A program made the position numbers and the translations under genes. A model generated the notes under the pieces. It ran no database searches. It saw only the letters and a list, made by a program, of their open reading frames with translations, and was not told the origin of the DNA. From Promethearchaeota archaeon (GTDB taxonomy: Archaea; Asgardarchaeota; Lokiarchaeia; Sigyniarchaeales; SOKP01), in NCBI GenBank assembly GCA_048938855.1, contig JBHLLT010000002.1:224001-288000 (forward strand): a DNA stretch of 64,000 nucleotides. Reading direction: 5' to 3'. Below, one piece after another: positions 58,574 to 64,000 of the stretch; the first letter of the stretch is position 1; each line of letters starts with the position of its first letter.

Positions 58574-58987
58574 TTATATTAATTCTTTAAGTAATAAATT
58601 TAAATATACTTCTAATTGCGTCTTAATAAGATCATAATGAGTGAATTTCCCTTTTTTCCAACCCCTTATTATACCCGCATCTTCAAGTATTTTTAAATGG
58701 TGCGAAATAGATGGTTGCGACTCATCTAATGCTGCTTCTAATTCACAGACACATCTATCTTTTTCTTTTAGGATATTGAGGATAATCATTCGTTTCTTAT
58801 TTGATAAAGCATTCAAAAACTCAATCAAACTATTAATCCTTGATTCTTGAAATAAATTATCTCCTAATTTTCTTAGTTGTGTAAAATGAAGATCTACATT
58901 TTCTACATCTTCACATTTAATTAACTTATCCTTAATTTCAGTTTCATGTTCAATATCCATTATAATCACTTTTCCTCTATTTTTCAA
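58574..58987 (-). CDS. arsR: ArsR/SmtB metalloregulator
   Basis: ALS..R..IL..CVCEL..SQPSISHHLKIL..GKFTHY; divergent from acr3. Confidence 0.92.
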   Translation of the reverse strand: MKNRGKVIIMDIEHETEIKDKLIKCEDVENVDLHFTQLRKLGDNLFQESRINSLIEFLNALSNKKRMIILNILKEKDRCVCELEAALDESQPSISHHLKILEDAGIIRGWKKGKFTHYDLIKTQLEVYLNLLLKELI

Positions 58988-59110
58988 ATATTATAAAGAA
59001 AGACAAATTTATAACAATTAATTCAAATCAATAAATTTTTATTTGAATAAAAATTTTATTATCTCAGAATCATTAAGATCAATAAATAATATAAATTAGT
59101 TGAGAAAGAA

Positions 59111-60193
59111 ATGAGTGAGGAAGAAAGTAGCACAATGATTGTAAAGGAAACAGAAGAAAATTTAACAGAAACAGAAGAAAAAGCTAAGGAACTTGGATTC
59201 TTTGAGAAATTTCTTACATTATGGGTTGGTCTATGCATTTTAATTGGAATTCTTCTTTCAATATATATCCCAGGTATAGGGCAAGTGTTTAATTCTTTTA
59301 CTATAGGCCAGATTTCAATACCGATAGGTATTTGCTTATTTTTAATGATGTACCCCGCTATGCTAAATTTACAGGTTTCAGAATTGAAAAAATTAGGTAG
59401 AAATCCGAAACCAATAATTCTGACGATTATATCTAATTGGTTAGTTGCTCCATTTGTTGGTTTACTTATGGCTCGTATATTCTTACAAGGAAGTGAACAA
59501 TTAATAGTCGCTGTAATATTATTAAGTTCAAGTCCATGCACTGCCATGGTTTTAGTCTGGGGATGGATGGCAAAAGGAAATCAAGAACAAAACGTGGTAA
59601 ATACAAGCTTAAATACAATCACAATAATATTTGGTTATGCTCCTATGGTTACGTTATTGACAGGTATTCAGAACATTCCAATTAATTGGATTCTTTTATT
59701 AGCATCAAGTTTCATATTTATTGGATTACCAATGTTGCTTGGAATACTAAGTAAAAGACTATTAGTATCAACTAAAGGTGAAGATTGGTTTAAAAATAAA
59801 TACCGACCTATCGTAGGAAAAGTATCAATCATCGCTCTCCTAACAACTCTGGTAGTACTTTTCTCAATGAATGGTGAGGTTCTAATCCAAAATCCAGATT
59901 TACTGTTATTGGTATCAGTTCCACTATTAGTCGGGTTTGTAATCGTAGTTGGATATAATATTTTGATAACTAAGCTTGCTAAATTGAAATATAAAGAAGC
60001 AGTCATTACAGTTATCATTGGTTCCTCCAGCCATTTCGAAATTGCTATTGCTACTGCCATTGCAATATATGGAATAGGTTCTATCGCGGCTTTAGGAACA
60101 ACAATGGGCCTTTTTTGGGAAGTTCCTGTAATGCTTTCAATTGTTTACTTGGGAAGATTCCTAAGAAAACGGGGATTTTGGAAATCAGAATAA
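59111..60193 (+). CDS. acr3: Acr3 family arsenite efflux transporter
   Basis: FFEKFLTLWV, MMYP, NWLVAP, PCTAMVLVW, HFEIAIATA, EVPVML. Confidence 0.95.
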   Translation: MSEEESSTMIVKETEENLTETEEKAKELGFFEKFLTLWVGLCILIGILLSIYIPGIGQVFNSFTIGQISIPIGICLFLMMYPAMLNLQVSELKKLGRNPKPIILTIISNWLVAPFVGLLMARIFLQGSEQLIVAVILLSSSPCTAMVLVWGWMAKGNQEQNVVNTSLNTITIIFGYAPMVTLLTGIQNIPINWILLLASSFIFIGLPMLLGILSKRLLVSTKGEDWFKNKYRPIVGKVSIIALLTTLVVLFSMNGEVLIQNPDLLLLVSVPLLVGFVIVVGYNILITKLAKLKYKEAVITVIIGSSSHFEIAIATAIAIYGIGSIAALGTTMGLFWEVPVMLSIVYLGRFLRKRGFWKSE

Positions 60194-60251
60194 ATAAAAG
60201 TATCCAAAAAATATATTGGTCAGAAGAAATATTATAATTAAAAAAAAGAAG

Positions 60252-60443
60252 ATGTTTAATAAAATGTCCGAGAAAGATATTGATAAAACCGTTGAAAAAA
60301 TCATGAAAGAGCTGCGTGCATCCCCAGATTATCAAGGATATGCTTGTAGTGCTAATTCTAATTCGAATTCCTCCCATGAGGAACTATGCGACTCAGAGAA
60401 TCCTAAACATTGTGGAATAAATTCACATTGTGAACAAAAATAA
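60252..60443 (+). CDS. Small Cys/His-containing protein in the ars cluster
   Basis: ..YACS..HEELCDSENPKHCGINSHCEQK; start uncertain (60216, 60252 or 60264). Confidence 0.55.
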   Translation: MFNKMSEKDIDKTVEKIMKELRASPDYQGYACSANSNSNSSHEELCDSENPKHCGINSHCEQK

Positions 60444-60488
60444 ATTGTTAATGAAAATAATTAAATAATTATTAGAGTTGTTTTTGAG

Positions 60489-60770
60489 ATGGAAATGGAA
60501 GAAAAGAATGGGAAATTAAAAGTAGATATTTATGTTCCTTTAGATGCATGTGCTTGTGAATGGGATAAATTTATGAATAGAGTCTTCATGGAACTTACTC
60601 CATATATAAAACACATAGATTACGATACTAAAAACTTAAACAGTGATCAAGCAAGACAACTGAATCTAAGGAGTAAATCCATTGTTATTGATGGAGAAAA
60701 AATATTTACTTCTGCTTTCACGCTCAAGAAAGAATTACCTAGACTCCTTAAAGCAAAGGGTCTAATTTAA
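60489..60770 (+). CDS. Small thioredoxin-fold-like protein with a CAC motif
   Basis: VDIYVPLDACACEWD..SIVIDGE. Confidence 0.6.
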   Translation: MEMEEKNGKLKVDIYVPLDACACEWDKFMNRVFMELTPYIKHIDYDTKNLNSDQARQLNLRSKSIVIDGEKIFTSAFTLKKELPRLLKAKGLI

Positions 60771-60802
60771 AGTATTAATTTATATTTTTTATTTTATAAG
60801 GG

Positions 60803-61159
60803 GTGATAATTAATATTAAAAAAGTAAAATTAACAATTTTTGCTCCAGATCCTGAAAAAAAATTATCAAATGGGCTTGAAAACAATATAGTTATAAATGA
60901 TAATGGAACAATCATTGATGCATTAACCACTTTGGATAAAAAGACTTATAATGATCCCAACTCTTCTATTTTTCCAATTTATAAAGGTTTAATTCACAGC
61001 TACCTTCAATTAATTTGGGATGCGGAGGATAATGCCATTTACGATGATTGCGCTGTCAATGCTTATGGCCCAAATAAAGAATTCATGCCTTTACGTGAGG
61101 ATATCAATTTTAACTTATATCCTAATAGTGAAATTACAATAGTTGTCCACGCTGATTGA
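60803..61159 (+). CDS. Putative ubiquitin-like (beta-grasp) protein without C-terminal GG
   Basis: VKLTIF..TIIDALTTL..NLYPNSEITIV pattern; ends in TGA-TGA. Confidence 0.5.
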   Translation: MIINIKKVKLTIFAPDPEKKLSNGLENNIVINDNGTIIDALTTLDKKTYNDPNSSIFPIYKGLIHSYLQLIWDAEDNAIYDDCAVNAYGPNKEFMPLREDINFNLYPNSEITIVVHAD

Positions 61160-61530
61160 TGAGCTGATGTAATGAAAGAACGACCAGATTATGGAAAATT
61201 TAAGAGAGTAATAATGAAAACGTACGGAAAAAACCATGAATTATTTGCCCATTATTTTGAATTTCAGAGAAATTATTAAGAAATTGGATGATGCCTTTCA
61301 AAAAAAGCTAGTGAAAGGTTAACAATAGGATTGCTTCCTATAAGAAATAAATATATTTGACTCATTACCCAAGTGTTATAGGACTTTATTAATTCCAAAT
61401 AAAAATTTTAAAATAAATAATTAAGAAGCATTAAAAAGATTAAATTACTTCCAAATTTGTCTTAGATAAAAATAAATGTAAGGACTTTCTATAGAATCAT
61501 AAGGATAAAATAAAGTTCTATCACATAATT

Positions 61531-62745
61531 ATGGAATCAATTCCTAGAGATACTAAAAAAGAAAGAGATACTAAAAATGAAGAACATTTAGTTGTCTACA
61601 CTAAACATCTTGAAAAAAGGCTTCGAAATCTTGAAAGTGAAATAAGTTTATTAGAAACTGAAAGGAGAAACTTGGAACAAGAATTAAATGTTCTGCGAAA
61701 TGATTTTGATCAAATTAGAAAGCCCGCCTTAATGCATGCCACCGTAATCGATGTCTTAGATGATAGAAATGAAAGAATAATTGTAAATAGTTCTTCTGGA
61801 CCTAGTTTTGTAGTAAACGTAAGTAATAACCTAAAATACGAAAAATTTACTCCGGGTTTGAGTGTAGCCTTGAATCAAAATACATTAAAAATAGTGGAAA
61901 TACTTCCAACAAATCTAGATCCCTTTGTTAAAGGAATGGAATTGAGTGATTCAATTCCAGATATTTCTTATGATGATATTGGTGGTTTGGAAGAACAAAT
62001 TCAAGAAGTTAAGGAAACGGTTGAAATACCACTAAAAAATCCAAATTTGTTTAGTAAAATAGGTATTGACCCTCCTAAAGGGGTATTATTCCATGGACCC
62101 CCTGGTACAGGTAAAACTTTATTAGCTAAAGCAGTTGCTCATGAAACAAATGCAACATTTATTAGGGTTATTAGTTCGGAACTAGTGCAAAAATTCATTG
62201 GAGAAGGTGCCCGTTATGTTAGAGAAATTTTTAATTTAGCGAGACAAAAAGCTCCAACAATATTATTTATTGATGAATTAGACGCAATTGCAGCTGAAAG
62301 AATGGACGATGCTACTTCTGGTGATAGAGAAGTTCAACGAACTCTAATGCAATTGATGGCGGAATTAGATGGATTTGATAATAGAGGCGACGTTAAATTT
62401 ATTGGTGCCACCAATAGAGCAGATATATTAGATCCTGCTTTATTAAGACCTGGACGTTTTGATAGAATAGTTGAATTTCCCATTCCAAATGAAAAGGCTA
62501 GAAAAGCAATCTTTGAAATTCATATGAAATCATTAAATATTCAGGATGATGTAAACTTGAACGTTCTAGTTGAAATCACTGGTGAAGCTACTGGTGCAGA
62601 TATTAAAGCCATTTGTACTGAAGCTGGAATGTTTGCTATCAGAAGAGATGCTGATATTATATCAAAAGAAGATTTTACTAATGCGATACAAAAAGTTATG
62701 AAGATAGAAAAAGGTAGATCATCAATACCAGAATTTTTTGTATAA
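61531..62745 (+). CDS. pan: Proteasome-activating nucleotidase
   Basis: Coiled coil and OB N-terminus, GPPGTGKT, KFIGEG, FIDELD, ATNR..LDPALLRPGRFDR. Confidence 0.96.
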   Translation: MESIPRDTKKERDTKNEEHLVVYTKHLEKRLRNLESEISLLETERRNLEQELNVLRNDFDQIRKPALMHATVIDVLDDRNERIIVNSSSGPSFVVNVSNNLKYEKFTPGLSVALNQNTLKIVEILPTNLDPFVKGMELSDSIPDISYDDIGGLEEQIQEVKETVEIPLKNPNLFSKIGIDPPKGVLFHGPPGTGKTLLAKAVAHETNATFIRVISSELVQKFIGEGARYVREIFNLARQKAPTILFIDELDAIAAERMDDATSGDREVQRTLMQLMAELDGFDNRGDVKFIGATNRADILDPALLRPGRFDRIVEFPIPNEKARKAIFEIHMKSLNIQDDVNLNVLVEITGEATGADIKAICTEAGMFAIRRDADIISKEDFTNAIQKVMKIEKGRSSIPEFFV

Positions 62746-62845
62746 AAATTACTCTCAAACATCTTAAATCCAAAGTAACATATTAAATTAAAGTGTTTTT
62801 AAGAGATTAATTCAAAATTTCTCAAATTTTAAAAAAATTAATCTT

Positions 62846-63439
62846 ATGTTGGATGATAAAACTTTTACTTTAATTAGAGACTTTGCTATAAGGAATTCAG
62901 AAAAAGATGATATCCATGGATTTTCCCATGTTGAGAGAGTTTATGATTTATGTCTTAAATTTGGTAAGATTTTAAAAGCAAATTTAAAAATACTACAAAT
63001 TGCGGCTCTTCTTCATGATATTGGTAGAATACATGAAAACTCTACAATTAAAAATAAAGAAAATCATGCCGAATTATCTGCTAAAATTGCTAATGAGTTT
63101 TTAATTTCACTTGATGTTTCACTTTCTCAAGAAGAGAGCAGGCATATAATCCATTGTATCAGATCGCATTCTTTCTCAAATAAATCAAATCCTCAAACTC
63201 TCGAAGCAAAAATATTATCCGATGTTGATAAGTTAGATGCTCTTGGTGCAATTGGCTTGTACAGAACTATTGGATTTACAGTAAAAAAAGATGGTGGGCT
63301 AGATCAAGTAATCGAGCATTTAGAGAATAAAATAATGAAGCTAAAAAATCAATTGCAATTAGATATTTCTAAAGATATGGCTCAAGAACGTGAAAAAATT
63401 ATATATGATTTTTATCAAAAAATATTGAAGCAAAAATAA
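62846..63439 (+). CDS. HD-domain phosphohydrolase
   Basis: HGFSHVERV, LLHDIG, SHS, DVDKLDALGAIG. Confidence 0.9.
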   Translation: MLDDKTFTLIRDFAIRNSEKDDIHGFSHVERVYDLCLKFGKILKANLKILQIAALLHDIGRIHENSTIKNKENHAELSAKIANEFLISLDVSLSQEESRHIIHCIRSHSFSNKSNPQTLEAKILSDVDKLDALGAIGLYRTIGFTVKKDGGLDQVIEHLENKIMKLKNQLQLDISKDMAQEREKIIYDFYQKILKQK

Positions 63440-63543
63440 ATTTGAAATGAATTGTTAATAAATGTTTATGAACCATTAGCAATTAATGGATTTAATTCTG
63501 AGACAATATGTGATTGCATCATCACAAACACATAGAAAAAACA

Positions 63544-63951
63544 TTATTTTAAGGATGATATTTGCTTATATTGATCTTCTGAGACCTTATTTTTTACTAC
63601 TTCAAAAAGCTCTAGAAGTACATTATCGGGAGCTGCCGCCATAATATATTTCAAAGGACCAAAATCCTTTATCTTTTTAATGAATTGAAACCCTTTATCT
63701 TTCATATGTATTACTAGAGCTTCTAAATTATCAGTCTCAATACCCAAATGATGAATAGCACCCCTTCCTTGGTCTTTAGGAGCTTGATCATAAAAATTAA
63801 TTTTCGAACTTCCAATTGAAATCATTACATTTCTAGCTCCTGCCATTTTTAAATCAAATAATATTTCAGCCCCAAACATATCCTGATAAAATTTAATGCT
63901 AGTATCAAGGTTTGAAGCAAATAAATGCGCATGATGGAGTGTTGTTTTCAT
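63544..63951 (-). CDS. VOC/glyoxalase family protein
   Basis: LHHAHL, IHHLGI, APDNVLLELFE. Confidence 0.9.
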   Translation of the reverse strand: MKTTLHHAHLFASNLDTSIKFYQDMFGAEILFDLKMAGARNVMISIGSSKINFYDQAPKDQGRGAIHHLGIETDNLEALVIHMKDKGFQFIKKIKDFGPLKYIMAAAPDNVLLELFEVVKNKVSEDQYKQISSLK

Positions 63952-64000
63952 AAATTTTCCCTCTCAAACTTGTGAAATTAATGATATAAATACAAATGCA

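Noticed and set aside
61172-61322. 35-aa ORF MKERPDYGKFKRVIMKTYGKNHELFAHYFEFQRNY (61172..61279) and an overlapping short frame
   Set aside because: Too short and unrecognisable; it could be a gene remnant or the 3' UTR. Its possible coding nature also weakens the SECIS idea.
4568-62762. Many 60-160 aa ORFs overlapping longer genes (e.g. 4568, 7853, 9217, 9652, 9976, 24854, 33833, 50451, 55337, 59059, 59668, 62541)
   Set aside because: Antisense or alternative-frame shadows of well-supported genes, with no recognisable motifs.

Overview
AT-rich archaeal chromosomal segment, most likely Asgard archaea (Lokiarchaeia-like). The taxonomy is inferred from gene content: archaeal ribosomal and secretion superoperon (eS19, PDCD5, eL39, eL31, aIF6, eL20, prefoldin alpha, FtsY, SecE), archaeal DnaG, PAN, the archaeosine genes ArcS and RaSEA, and eukaryote-signature proteins (roadblock, longin, small GTPase, Get3-like ATPase, SCP2). 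About 65 CDS and 4 tRNAs; no CRISPR array, integrase or transposase was seen. Main observations: (1) a tight four-gene operon at 51874-57799 encoding an SMC5/6-like SMC, a kleisin, an Nse1/Nse3-like KITE and a catalytically degenerate PAN/Cdc48-clade AAA+ protein; (2) a tandem Lrp/AsnC regulator carrying an inserted single TBP repeat (3089-4393); (3) three of four tRNAs with 29-30 nt introns at three different non-canonical positions, each with a relaxed BHB motif; (4) an arsenic cluster without arsC, ending in a ubiquitin-like gene closed by TGA-TGA (speculative C-terminal Sec); (5) several small or mis-started genes absent from the ORF track, including eL39, a cationic amphipathic 56-aa peptide, and a 219-codon frame with no canonical start. 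All family calls come from motif recognition by eye; no searches were run.
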